From positions 420,001 to 452,000 of the forward strand of contig NZ_CP097762.1 of NCBI RefSeq assembly GCF_023585745.1: a stretch of DNA of 32,000 nucleotides, written 5' to 3'. Positions 21,120 through 31,275 of the stretch are shown in pieces. The position numbers and the translations under genes were made by a program. The notes under the pieces are model-generated. The model had not been told where the DNA came from. It worked only from the letters and a program-made list of their open reading frames with translations, and ran no database searches. This DNA comes from Candidatus Saccharimonadota bacterium (lineage in GTDB: Bacteria > Pseudomonadota > Gammaproteobacteria > Enterobacterales > Enterobacteriaceae). Numbering within the stretch: position 1 is the first letter of the stretch; every line of letters begins with the position of its first letter.

Positions 21120-21145
21120 CAAAAATAACACTCCTATACTGATAT

Positions 21146-22099
21146 TTACATATCAACAATTAATTTTATAGATTTTTTTAAAGAACACATACTATTTACC
21201 GATATGCTCAACACATTACTAACTAAATTTTTTAATAATTTAGTTAAAATATTTCCGGGTCCTATTTCTACAAAATGACTAATCTTTTTTTTATCCATAC
21301 AATACCGTATTATTTCATACCAACGCACCGGAGTATATAATTGTCGTATTAACGATTCTCGAATTATATCAGGATCCCATACAATACGCACATCAGTATT
21401 ATTTATCACTGGTATAGTAGGGGGGTTAATAACAATATTTTTTAATATGTTTGAAAACTTATGAATCATGGGTTTCATTAACGCACAATGTGAAGGAACA
21501 CTAATAGGGAGTATAAACACATGTTTCGCTCCAGCATTTTTACACAAGTTATTAACGCTATCTACTGCTTCTTTATCACCAGAAATAACTACATACCCAG
21601 GCGCATTAAAACCTGCAGGAGATACAACTTGCCCTGTTTTTTCTACTTCATTACATAGTTCACAAATAATTTCATCATGCAACCCAATAATCACTGACAT
21701 AGCCCCTTTCCCATAAGGAACCAATTCCTGCATTAAAGCCCCACGCATCTCTACTAATTTGACTGCAGAACGTAATTCTATACTTTCTGAGCATACTAAA
21801 GCAGTGTATTCCCCTAAACTATGACCAGCCATAATACTTGGCATACAACCACCAATTTGAGACCATATTTTCCACACTGCTACTGAAGCCGTTAAAATAG
21901 CTGGTTGCGCCTTATAAGTTTTGTTTAGCTCTGAAACAGGTCCATATTGAATTAATCTCCATAAGTCATACCCCAACTCCTCTGATGCTTCAAAGAATAT
22001 TTTTTTTACTATAGAATAATGCAACGATAAATCTTTTAACATACCGACTTTTTGAGATGCTTGACCTGGAAATATTACAGCTAATGTATTACTATTCAT
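21146..22099 (-). CDS. fabD: malonyl-CoA:ACP transacylase
   Basis: 317 aa. AVIFPGQASQKVGM, active-site GHSLGEYTALV, conserved order fabH-fabD-fabG. Confidence 0.96.
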   Translation of the reverse strand: MNSNTLAVIFPGQASQKVGMLKDLSLHYSIVKKIFFEASEELGYDLWRLIQYGPVSELNKTYKAQPAILTASVAVWKIWSQIGGCMPSIMAGHSLGEYTALVCSESIELRSAVKLVEMRGALMQELVPYGKGAMSVIIGLHDEIICELCNEVEKTGQVVSPAGFNAPGYVVISGDKEAVDSVNNLCKNAGAKHVFILPISVPSHCALMKPMIHKFSNILKNIVINPPTIPVINNTDVRIVWDPDIIRESLIRQLYTPVRWYEIIRYCMDKKKISHFVEIGPGNILTKLLKNLVSNVLSISVNSMCSLKKSIKLIVDM

Positions 22100-22130
22100 A
22101 ATGCCGTTTAATCCTATATATAACTAATAG

Positions 22131-23087
22131 TCAAAATCTTAATAATACAGAACCCCAAGTAAAACCAGCGCCAAATGCTTCCAATAATACCAATTGATCC
22201 GGCTTAATTCGACCATCACGTACAGATGCGTCTAATGCCAAAGGTACAGACGCTGCAGATGTGTTACCATGTCTATCGAGAGTAACAATTACCTTTTTCA
22301 TATCTATACTTAATTTCTTAGCAACTGCAGAAATAATTCTTAGATTAGCTTGATGTGGGATCAGCCAATCTAATTCGTCTTGACATAAATTATTCACATC
22401 AAGAGCCTCATTAATAACACGCGTTACAATAGATACAGCCATCTTAAATACTTTATTGCCAGACATTTTTAAATAATTATCAGACATAGAAGAACTATAT
22501 CTATTATAATTAGATAAAGTTAATAAATTCCCATAATAACCGTCCGCATGCAAATGCGTAGAAATAATTCCCGGAGTTTTTGATCTTCCAAGTATCACAG
22601 CTCCTGCTCCATCTCCAAATAAAATTAATGTTCCTCTATCCGTAGGATCTAAAGTATGACTTAATATATCTGAACCAACAACTAAAGCATATTCTACATT
22701 TCCATGTTTAACATACTGATTTGCTATATCTAAAGCATACACAAATCCAGAGCAAGCTGCAGACAAATCAAAAGCAATAGTATCTTTTATACGTAAATCA
22801 CGTTGAATTTGGCACGCAGAACTTGGAAAAGCATGACTAGAAGTAGTAGTTGCAACAATAATAATACCTACTTTCTCAGCATGAAGACAAGACATTTCTA
22901 AAGCTTTTTTAGCAGCAAAATACCCCATTTTAGCAACAGTTTCATTTGCATTGGAAATATGACGCTCCTGAATACCAGTGCGCGCAACAATCCACTCATG
23001 CGATGTATTAATCATCTTTTCTAATAAAGCATTAGATCTAATATATTTTGGTAAATAACTACCTGTTCCAAATATTCTAGTAAACAT
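22131..23087 (-). CDS. fabH: 3-oxoacyl-ACP synthase III
   Basis: 318 aa. [31 protein letters not shown] (active-site Cys), [28 protein letters not shown]. Confidence 0.96.
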   Translation of the reverse strand: MFTRIFGTGSYLPKYIRSNALLEKMINTSHEWIVARTGIQERHISNANETVAKMGYFAAKKALEMSCLHAEKVGIIIVATTTSSHAFPSSACQIQRDLRIKDTIAFDLSAACSGFVYALDIANQYVKHGNVEYALVVGSDILSHTLDPTDRGTLILFGDGAGAVILGRSKTPGIISTHLHADGYYGNLLTLSNYNRYSSSMSDNYLKMSGNKVFKMAVSIVTRVINEALDVNNLCQDELDWLIPHQANLRIISAVAKKLSIDMKKVIVTLDRHGNTSAASVPLALDASVRDGRIKPDQLVLLEAFGAGFTWGSVLLRF

Positions 23088-23095
23088 GTATTGTT

Positions 23096-24175
23096 TTAAC
23101 TATCTTTTTTAGACAGCACTGTTCTTAATCGCGTAAAAATTTTTTCTGGTACTCTACACTCTATAGAATGAATCGCTTGTTTAATCGCAGAAACAAATGC
23201 GCGTCGATTAGCTGCTCCATGACTTTTTATCACTGTGCTCTTTAAACCCACTAAATGCGCACCGTTATACCAATCAGGATGTAATCTACTAAATTTATTA
23301 AAAAAATATTTATTTAATAAAAATCTAATCAGCTTAGTAAACCAACGCAATTTATTATATTGCTTACCAGATAATTTCATAGTTGATAAAATAATGCGTA
23401 TTACCCCTTCCATAGTTTTCAAAGTAATATTTCCTGAGAATCCATCACATACTAAAACATCTGATTTTCCCATAAGAAGGTCATTTGCTTCTATATAACC
23501 AATATAACGAATCAACGGGATATTATGTAATATTTTGGAAGCATAACGAATATTATCTAAACCTTTAGTTTCTTCTGATCCAATATTTAATAGTGCTACT
23601 CTAGGATTATTAATGCCTAAAATCTGTTCTGATAACACTGATCCCATAATTGCAAACTGCACCAACATTTCCCCATTACACACAATGTTAGCACCTAAAT
23701 CTAATATAACGGTTTTACCTGTTTCACTATATGGTAGCAGTGTCGTTAAAGCAGGGCGCTCAATACCATCTATAGATTTAAGTATTAATTTAGATAAACC
23801 CATAAGAGCGCCTGTATTACCGGCGCTTACGCAAGCGTCTGCATGGCCAGAACTAATAAGCTCTAAGGCAACACGCATTGATGTATTTCTACTAATCCTA
23901 ATAGCATGACCAGGTCTAATATTAGAGCTAATAACTGAATCAGTTGGAACCACAGTAAGTCTGTTAATACGAGATAACTTATTGTATTCCGATAAAATAG
24001 GCATAATCACTGCAGGCGTTCCAACAAGCAACAACTTAAGCGTAGGATGCAAAGATAATGCTTCTAAAGCTGCTGGCACAGTGACAGTGGGACCGAAATC
24101 GCCACCCATCGCATCTAATGCGAGTACTAAATTTTTAGATTGCACACTATTACTACCATTATCATCATTACTCAA
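23096..24175 (-). CDS. plsX: phosphate acyltransferase PlsX
   Basis: [97 protein letters not shown] match E. coli PlsX. There is no ATG upstream of the conserved core. The start is either TTG at 24175 (with GGAG about 10 nt upstream, inside the rpmF 3' end) or GTG at 24145. Confidence 0.94.
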   Translation of the reverse strand: MSNDDNGSNSVQSKNLVLALDAMGGDFGPTVTVPAALEALSLHPTLKLLLVGTPAVIMPILSEYNKLSRINRLTVVPTDSVISSNIRPGHAIRISRNTSMRVALELISSGHADACVSAGNTGALMGLSKLILKSIDGIERPALTTLLPYSETGKTVILDLGANIVCNGEMLVQFAIMGSVLSEQILGINNPRVALLNIGSEETKGLDNIRYASKILHNIPLIRYIGYIEANDLLMGKSDVLVCDGFSGNITLKTMEGVIRIILSTMKLSGKQYNKLRWFTKLIRFLLNKYFFNKFSRLHPDWYNGAHLVGLKSTVIKSHGAANRRAFVSAIKQAIHSIECRVPEKIFTRLRTVLSKKDS

Positions 24176-24179
24176 AAAA

Positions 24180-24350
24180 TTATTTCTCCATCACTTTTTT
24201 TCCACGATAAAATCCATCACAAGATATATGATGACGTTTATGAGTTTTACCAGAGACACAATCTACTGATATAGATGCGAGCTTCAACGCATGATGCGCC
24301 CTGCGCTTCCCTCTAGTAGCACGAGTTGATTTATTTTTCTGTACTGCCAT
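24180..24350 (-). CDS. rpmF: 50S ribosomal protein L32
   Basis: Not in the ORF track (56 codons). The minus strand from ATG 24350..24348 to TAA 24182..24180 reads [57 protein letters not shown]. coli L32 is [57 protein letters not shown]. A strong GGAGG Shine-Dalgarno (24364..24360) lies 9 nt upstream. Position directly upstream of plsX as in E. coli. Confidence 0.93.
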   Translation of the reverse strand: MAVQKNKSTRATRGKRRAHHALKLASISVDCVSGKTHKRHHISCDGFYRGKKVMEK

Positions 24351-25143
24351 GTTTTTGCGCCTCCCCTATTTTCCATATTTCTAGGCAATAACCTTAATAA
24401 ACTTAATAACATTAATAAAATCATTATATTCACATGCTAATATACCACGAACTAATGGCTATATATTATAAATCTTGGAAAAATAAATATAACGCATTAT
24501 CTATCTAATACTAATTGTTTAAAATTTAAAATGATATATCTATAAAAATTTGTTGAATGTACCAACATTATAGCAACTCAACAAAAAATTAATTTTATCC
24601 ATCATAGAAATACTCAAAAAATAATATTTTTAATTAATCGAATTTAGAAGCTCTTTACATAAAGAGATTATCTATAACTATCAGCACTTATTCAACACCT
24701 TTTCAAGATATTATATTGTTGTAGATAATCCATATAATTAAATACCAACATAACTAATTTAAATAAAATTAATCTTTACTTTAAATAAAGTTTTTAATAT
24801 ACAAACCATATATAAAACTTATATATAAACACATATCTTAACAATCAATATACTATATATCCTAAACATAATTTATTTAACATTCTAAACTTCAACCATC
24901 AACAAAAGTCAATTACGATTAATACACAATACATACTCTAATGAACATAATTGCATTATTTAATTATTAAAAATTAATATATAATCATAATATCAAAATA
25001 TTATTTAATCGTATACTATACGAATTTTCTAAACATTAAATATATAATAAATGTATAAAATCAATAATAATACCTTCAAATATTTAATATAAATAAATAT
25101 TTAAAAATGATGTACCTATGAACTGATATTTCATTGTGAAATA

Positions 25144-26148
25144 TTAAAGCTTTTCTAATACTTTTAATGCAGAAATATAACGAGTAGTAGCTAAATTTCT
25201 TAAAAAGAATAAACAATCATAAAATAATTGATCTAACGATGCTTGCACAAAAAAAAATTTTTTTGTATATGGATGTATAAAACATAACATATAAGCATGT
25301 AAAAATAATCTATTAAAACCAAACTGTTTAAATTTAATATCAAATTCATAATTTCCATAAATCTTGTCTCCTATTATAGGATGCTGTGCATATTGAGCGT
25401 GTACTCTAATTTGATGAGTACGTCCGGTAATAGGTCTAATATCTAAATAAGTTGCTGTATTAGCATACTTTTCTATTATCTGAAAATGAGTAGTGGCAAT
25501 TTTACCATTCCTTGAAACTACACGCATTATCTTCTTATTAGAAGTATAAAAAACATTAGTTTTTAATAAAGATTTAGAGACTGTGCCTAAACTGGCATCC
25601 CATACACCATGTACTAAAGCTAAATATTTTTTTTCTATATTTTTTAGACGCAGTTGTTCATTTAAATACAACAAAAAAGTACGATTTTTAGCAACTAATA
25701 ACACACCAGAAGTTTCTCTATCTAAACGATGCACTAATTCTAAAAATTGTGCTCTAGGACGCAACATACGTAACCCTTCAATTACTCCAAATTTAAGTCC
25801 GCTGCCTCCATGCACAGCAATACCAGCCGGTTTATTAATCGCTAAAAAACAATCATCTTCATAAATAATAAAACTTTCTAAAAATTTAATTTCTTCTAAA
25901 GATTGTATATTGCATTTATTGATGTTTATATTTTTTATAATAGGGATCTTTAATATATCTCCTATGCGTAATTTATAATAGAATTTGATTCTTTTTTTAT
26001 TAACACGTACAACACCAGTTCTAATTATTCTATAAATCATAGATTTTGGCACTGTCTTTAAGTAACACAACAAAAAATTATCGACTCTTTGTCCAACAAA
26101 ATTTACAGAAATTTTAATAAATTGTGCATGAATGTTACTCTCTTTCAT
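25144..26148 (-). CDS. rluC: 23S rRNA pseudouridine synthase RluC
   Basis: 334 aa. S4-like N-terminus GQRVDNFLLCYLKTVPKSMIYRIIRTGVVRVNKKRIK, catalytic HRLDRETSGVLLVAK, TGRTHQIRVH, NRLFLHA. Collinear with E. coli RluC and divergent from rne as in E. coli. Confidence 0.93.
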   Translation of the reverse strand: MKESNIHAQFIKISVNFVGQRVDNFLLCYLKTVPKSMIYRIIRTGVVRVNKKRIKFYYKLRIGDILKIPIIKNININKCNIQSLEEIKFLESFIIYEDDCFLAINKPAGIAVHGGSGLKFGVIEGLRMLRPRAQFLELVHRLDRETSGVLLVAKNRTFLLYLNEQLRLKNIEKKYLALVHGVWDASLGTVSKSLLKTNVFYTSNKKIMRVVSRNGKIATTHFQIIEKYANTATYLDIRPITGRTHQIRVHAQYAQHPIIGDKIYGNYEFDIKFKQFGFNRLFLHAYMLCFIHPYTKKFFFVQASLDQLFYDCLFFLRNLATTRYISALKVLEKL

Positions 26149-26634
26149 AAGAAACCATAGAAATTACAGCAACGTTTTAATATAATAAGAGTATATAATA
26201 AATATCTAATTATAGAATATATAAAATTCAGTAAAATCTATTAAACAACACATATAAATTAATAATACTATTTGTATGTCTAATATATACATACTAATGT
26301 AAATAACATTTTACTATCCACTACAAGTGAGTATCTTATAATCTATAACTATAATAAAATTTTCTTTTAAGAACAAATTAACCTCAAAATAACAAACAAT
26401 CATCATGCATTACAATAACAATAAATATTTTATTAAGAATCATAAACACATATATAAATGTGTAGCATATACTATTAATAATTTTACATTATCTATATAA
26501 AATATATGTATGTATTACTGTACAAAATAAAAACCTAATAAATATAAAATTATAAGCTACCAAAATAATTACAGTATACCAATCAAAAACGTATATCTAT
26601 ATTCCAAAACATCACACATTGAGCAAAAATTATC

Positions 26635-29256
26635 ATGAAAAGAATGTTAATTAACGCTACTCAACATGAAGAACTAAGAGTAGCATTAGTAGATGGACAA
26701 AAATTATATGATCTAGATATAGAAACAATAGGTCATGAACAGAAAAAATCAAACATTTACAAAGGGATAATTACTCGTATTGAACCGAGTTTGGAAGCAG
26801 CATTTGTAGATTATGGAGTAGAAAAACACGGATTTTTACCTGTGAAAGAAATTGCTCGTGAATACTTCAATAATATATCATGTTCTTATAATAAAAATAA
26901 TATCAAAGAAATATTATATGAAGGACAAGAATTAATTGTGCAAATAGATAAAGAAGAAAGAGGTAATAAAGGCGCAGCATTAACCACTTTTATCAGTTTA
27001 GCTGGTAGCTATTTAGTCCTTATGCCAAATAATCCTAAAGCTGGGGGCATATCAAGACGTATTGAAGGAAATGATCGTATTGAATTAAAAGAAATTCTAT
27101 CGACTTTAGAATTACCAGAAGGAATGAGTCTAATTATTAGAACTGCTGGTATGGGAAAATCTACTGAAGCATTAGAATGGGATTTGACTTCCCGGTTAAA
27201 ACATTGGCAAACTATTAAAAATACTGCTGCTACAAAATTAGCACCCTTTTTAATACATCAAGACAACAATGTAATTGTACGTGCATTTCGAGATTATTTA
27301 CGGCCAGATATAGGTGAAATTTTAATTGATAATCCCAAAATTCTGAAATTAGCTAAGGAACATATGAACTCTTTAGGTAGACCAGATTTTGCTAAAAAAA
27401 TAAAACTATATAACGGTGATATTCCTTTATTTAGTCATTATCAAATAGAGTCACAAATTGAGTCTGCATTTCAACGAGAAGTAAGATTACCATCTGGAGG
27501 ATCTATTGTCATTGATACTACTGAAGCATTAACTGCAATTGATATAAATTCTTCTCGTTCTACTAAAGGAATAGATATTGAAGATACAGCTTTTAATACT
27601 AACTTAGAAGCTGCTGACGAAATAGCACGCCAACTACGCCTAAGAGACGTAGGGGGGTTAGTAGTAATAGATTTTATAGATATGACATTAATTAAACATC
27701 AAAAAGAAATTACAAATAATCTTAAACTTGCAGTACATCAAGATCGCGCGCGAATTCAAATAGGCCGTATCTCTAAATTTGGCCTATTAGAATTATCACG
27801 GCAAAGACTCAGCCCATCTCTAGGCGAGTCAAGTTACTATGTGTGTCCACGCTGCAATGGAATGGGTAACATACGAGATAATGAATCACTTTCTTTATCT
27901 ATTTTACGTTTAATTGAAGAAGAATCATTAAAAGATAATACTTATGAAGTACACGCTATTGTACCTATAGCCATCGCTTCATATTTACTAAATGAAAAAA
28001 GAAAAGCTATCAATGATATTGAGCAACGCCAAAAAGGCGTACGTGCAATCATTGTGCCTAATGAATACATGCACACTCCAAATTATGAAGTAAGACGTAT
28101 TCGAAAAGGCGAAACGATAACTAACAAACCTAGTTATTTGTTAGCTAAAACGTTCCAATATAACGATCAAATACTAATTCAGTCATCATCAACAACAATA
28201 CAAAATAATAAAGCAACATCTACAAATCCTGATAACATACTATCGTTAAAGCAATCAAAAAACTCAACTCTATCAAGAGTCATATATATTATGATATATA
28301 ATATACTATACTACAATAAATTACTATATTTATCGTATTATAAATACATAAGTAAAAATTTTTGGTTTAATATATTAAACAGTTGGTACATTTTTTTTAA
28401 TAAACTCATAAAAAACTTCAATATACTTAAAAAGTATTTTTTTAAAACAATCAAAAAAAACACTAAATCCACACTTAAATATTTTTTTTATAAAAAATCA
28501 GCGTTTCAAACATTAGACAATATACATCATTATGATCAAGTAATACATGCAATAAAAAATAATACAATACAGCATAAAACATATAACATAAAAAATTTTA
28601 TTAACATCAATAATCAAAAAAACAATACTATGTATTTAGCATACAACTGCAAAAGACGTGATAAAACTCATTTAATGTCTTGTCCACTGTATTCAAAAAA
28701 TATTATTCATAAAAAAAATAATAAAACCCTTACTAATATTAAAAAATATAATAAACAATATCAATATACTGAACATCATAAAAACTTAAAAAAAACATGT
28801 TCAACACAATACAACATATATTTAAAATATAATAATTCTAAACACTCTAGAACACCTGCTCCGGGGTATACAACAGAAAAAAAATCCATTATGCACATCC
28901 AACAACCCCACAAAATAAAAAAACTATCCAAAAATATAAATCTATTCTCAAAAAAACTTATTGATTTATCTAAAAAAAACAACATCAAAGCTAATAATAA
29001 CAATATTGTTATGCCTTCCCATTTTAAATTAAAGCCATTAGACATTACAAGTAATACGCATCAAAAAAATATCATACATAACAACAACTCACATACAAAT
29101 AATAATAACCGATATTATAATAAGACAATATTCCACCAATTAAAAAATAATACTCATACACCAACAATAATGCGTTACTTCCGAATAAATTATAAAAATC
29201 AACTCCATCAACATAAAGACAAACAATATTTTAAAATTAAAAAACATAATAAATAA
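26635..29256 (+). CDS. rne: ribonuclease E: conserved N-terminal catalytic half plus a highly divergent low-complexity C-terminal half
   Basis: [30 protein letters not shown].., S1 domain, [18 protein letters not shown], Zn-link CPRCNGMG (C404/C407, same numbering as E. coli), RRIRKGE at about aa 495. From about aa 515 to 873 the frame stays open through N/K/Y/I-rich sequence with no obvious E. coli similarity except two short patches (see findings). Confidence 0.93.
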   Translation: MKRMLINATQHEELRVALVDGQKLYDLDIETIGHEQKKSNIYKGIITRIEPSLEAAFVDYGVEKHGFLPVKEIAREYFNNISCSYNKNNIKEILYEGQELIVQIDKEERGNKGAALTTFISLAGSYLVLMPNNPKAGGISRRIEGNDRIELKEILSTLELPEGMSLIIRTAGMGKSTEALEWDLTSRLKHWQTIKNTAATKLAPFLIHQDNNVIVRAFRDYLRPDIGEILIDNPKILKLAKEHMNSLGRPDFAKKIKLYNGDIPLFSHYQIESQIESAFQREVRLPSGGSIVIDTTEALTAIDINSSRSTKGIDIEDTAFNTNLEAADEIARQLRLRDVGGLVVIDFIDMTLIKHQKEITNNLKLAVHQDRARIQIGRISKFGLLELSRQRLSPSLGESSYYVCPRCNGMGNIRDNESLSLSILRLIEEESLKDNTYEVHAIVPIAIASYLLNEKRKAINDIEQRQKGVRAIIVPNEYMHTPNYEVRRIRKGETITNKPSYLLAKTFQYNDQILIQSSSTTIQNNKATSTNPDNILSLKQSKNSTLSRVIYIMIYNILYYNKLLYLSYYKYISKNFWFNILNSWYIFFNKLIKNFNILKKYFFKTIKKNTKSTLKYFFYKKSAFQTLDNIHHYDQVIHAIKNNTIQHKTYNIKNFININNQKNNTMYLAYNCKRRDKTHLMSCPLYSKNIIHKKNNKTLTNIKKYNKQYQYTEHHKNLKKTCSTQYNIYLKYNNSKHSRTPAPGYTTEKKSIMHIQQPHKIKKLSKNINLFSKKLIDLSKKNNIKANNNNIVMPSHFKLKPLDITSNTHQKNIIHNNNSHTNNNNRYYNKTIFHQLKNNTHTPTIMRYFRINYKNQLHQHKDKQYFKIKKHNK

Positions 29257-29500
29257 ATAATTACATACTATTTTAGTACTGTACTCAATATTAAAAATGA
29301 ATGTATTTTAATTATTTATACTAAATATGCTAACTAACTATTCTCATTTAAAATGCTGTGTAAAATTATATACAAAACAATATATATAAATATTCAAAAA
29401 TCAATTATTTTTTTAATTAAATAATTCTATTATAGTTTCTAACAGATCAGCGCAAATACCTGCATTAATTTTAAATAAAACTTAATGTATATTATACAAT

Positions 29501-29516
29501 CTGTCTTTAAAGACAG
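29501..29516. promoter_or_regulatory. 16-nt perfect palindrome CTGTCTTTAAAGACAG about 76 nt upstream of lpxL, nested inside a 16-nt inverted repeat (29485-29500 / 29549-29564)
   Basis: Read directly. Three G/C pairs per arm in an otherwise nearly pure A/T spacer. TATAAT hexamers follow at 29518-29523 and 29553-29558. Confidence 0.3.
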
Positions 29517-29591
29517 CTATAATAATATTGATATAATCCATAATATATATTGTATAATATACATCTATTAAATTCTTAATAAGAAAATTGT

Positions 29592-30515
29592 ATGCATAAA
29601 ATTCCAAAATTTCACTACTACTTCCTGCATCCAAAATTTTGGCTAATTTGGATAGGAATAGGAATACTATATGTTATAGTATCTTTGCCTTATTCTGTTA
29701 TATATTATCTCGGAATTCGATTAGGACGAATGACGAAATATTTTTTATTACATCGTATGCATATAATTAAAAGAAATTTAGACCTCTGTTTCCCGAATTT
29801 ATCTACCAAAGAAAAAAAAGATTTATTCAATAAAAACTGTGAATCGATAGGAATGGGAGTGTTAGAAACCGGTATGGCTTGGTTCTGGTCAGAACACAGA
29901 ATTAAACGTTGGTTTAAAATTAAAGGATTAAAAAATATTACTCAAGCTAGAAAAAACAAAACCGGAATCTTATTAATAGGTATACACTTTCTTACGCTAG
30001 AATTAGGCGCAAGAATTTTAGGCACACTGAATCCAGGAATAGGCGTATATCGTCCTAATGACAACCCATTATTAGATTGGATACAAACTAAAGGAAGATT
30101 AAGATCTAATAAAAAAATGTTAATCTGCACCAATGTTACAGGTATGATTAAAGCCTTAAAAAATGGCGAAATAGTCTGGTACGCGCCAGACCACGACTAT
30201 GGACGAAAAAACAGTGTTTTTGTACCATTATTTGCTGTACCAAAAGCAGCTAGTACTATAGGAACTTATATTCTGACTAAAATCGCAAAACCGGCGCTTA
30301 TCCCGTTTATAGCCCGTAGACTACCAAATTCTTTTGGATATGAATTAATTATTTTCCCAAATAAAAAAAACGAAGTTCCCCTAAACACCAGTACCGACAT
30401 GATCAAATATATAAATAAAATAATAGAACAAATAATATTACTAGCTCCCGACCAATACATGTGGCTACATCGTAGATTTAAAACGCGACCACCTGGAGAA
30501 CCATACTTATACTAA
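29592..30515 (+). CDS. lpxL: lipid A biosynthesis lauroyl acyltransferase
   Basis: 307 aa. IPKFHYYFLHPKFWLIWIGIGILY, NLDLCFP, GMGVLETGMAWFW, GILLIGIHFLTLELGARILG, PGIGVYRPNDNPLLDWIQTKGRLRSNKKM, GEIVWYAPDHDYG, SVFVPLFAV, APDQYMWLHRRFKTRP are collinear with E. coli LpxL (HtrB). The paralogues LpxP and LpxM were not formally excluded. Confidence 0.9.
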   Translation: MHKIPKFHYYFLHPKFWLIWIGIGILYVIVSLPYSVIYYLGIRLGRMTKYFLLHRMHIIKRNLDLCFPNLSTKEKKDLFNKNCESIGMGVLETGMAWFWSEHRIKRWFKIKGLKNITQARKNKTGILLIGIHFLTLELGARILGTLNPGIGVYRPNDNPLLDWIQTKGRLRSNKKMLICTNVTGMIKALKNGEIVWYAPDHDYGRKNSVFVPLFAVPKAASTIGTYILTKIAKPALIPFIARRLPNSFGYELIIFPNKKNEVPLNTSTDMIKYINKIIEQIILLAPDQYMWLHRRFKTRPPGEPYLY

Positions 30516-31242
30516 TAGTATAATACACGACCCGTTACTATTAATACAGTTATTATTCAATTATTCAAATACATAACGCGCCCATTGTTTAACAAAAACA
30601 ATTTATAAACTTATTATAATACAATATTGTATTGTATTTTTGTTATTTCACTCTGTAAATTTACATAAAACAATTTATTGTATAATTTTTAATACCCAAC
30701 ATCCGTGCTAAATTAAAACAACAATTAATATTGTTATATAGTTTATTAATAAAATAAACTTATTTTAAATGCATAAACCATGCCCTAATTTAGGATTAAG
30801 CATAACTTTATATTATATAAAGCATAATAAAATTATTTAAGTAATATACGAAAATACAAATTAAAAATATATATATACTCTATATAACACTAATTATAAT
30901 AATTAATATTATATGTAGTTATCCTTCATATATAATTACTTATAGGTAACCTAAAAATAATGATAGATTCATCGAAAAAATATAATAATTTCTATTTAAA
31001 AATAACCAATTTTCCCAGAATGCTTTGCGAACAAATTTACAGAAGATATAATAAATAATATATTAACGTCACCAAACCAAGATTAGTATATCTTTCAAGA
31101 CCAAAAAATACAATTAACTATTCCACGTCAATTAAGTGATTCTGCCTAACACACCACACATAGATATTATTAATAATACTTAAAATACGATTAATCATAC
31201 TTTTATCCTAAAACAGATCATTCCATTATAGTATTACCCATA

Positions 31243-31275
31243 ACAATCGGTACGATTAAAAATCGTACCGATTGT
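31243..31275. terminator. perfect 15-bp-stem hairpin ACAATCGGTACGATT-aaa-AATCGTACCGATTGT; possible orphan or bidirectional transcription stop, or a protein-binding palindrome
   Basis: Read directly. Six G/C pairs per arm inside a 1.4-kb ORF-free A/T-rich tract. There is no clean U-run on either side, so the terminator call is weak. Confidence 0.35.

Noticed and set aside
20385-21131. N-terminally extended starts given by the ORF track for fabG (GTG 21131), holB (17864) and emtA (6990)
   Set aside because: Comparison with E. coli N-termini, an AGGAG Shine-Dalgarno overlapping the fabG GTG, the TAATG tmk/holB junction and the emtA signal peptide all favour the internal ATGs (21119, 17834, 6966).
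28177-29256. Idea that the rne 3' half is a non-coding read-through or an annotation artefact of a truncated gene
   Set aside because: A stop-free frame of about 360 codons in this composition is very unlikely by chance. RNase E proteins normally carry long disordered C-terminal halves, so it is treated as genuine coding sequence.
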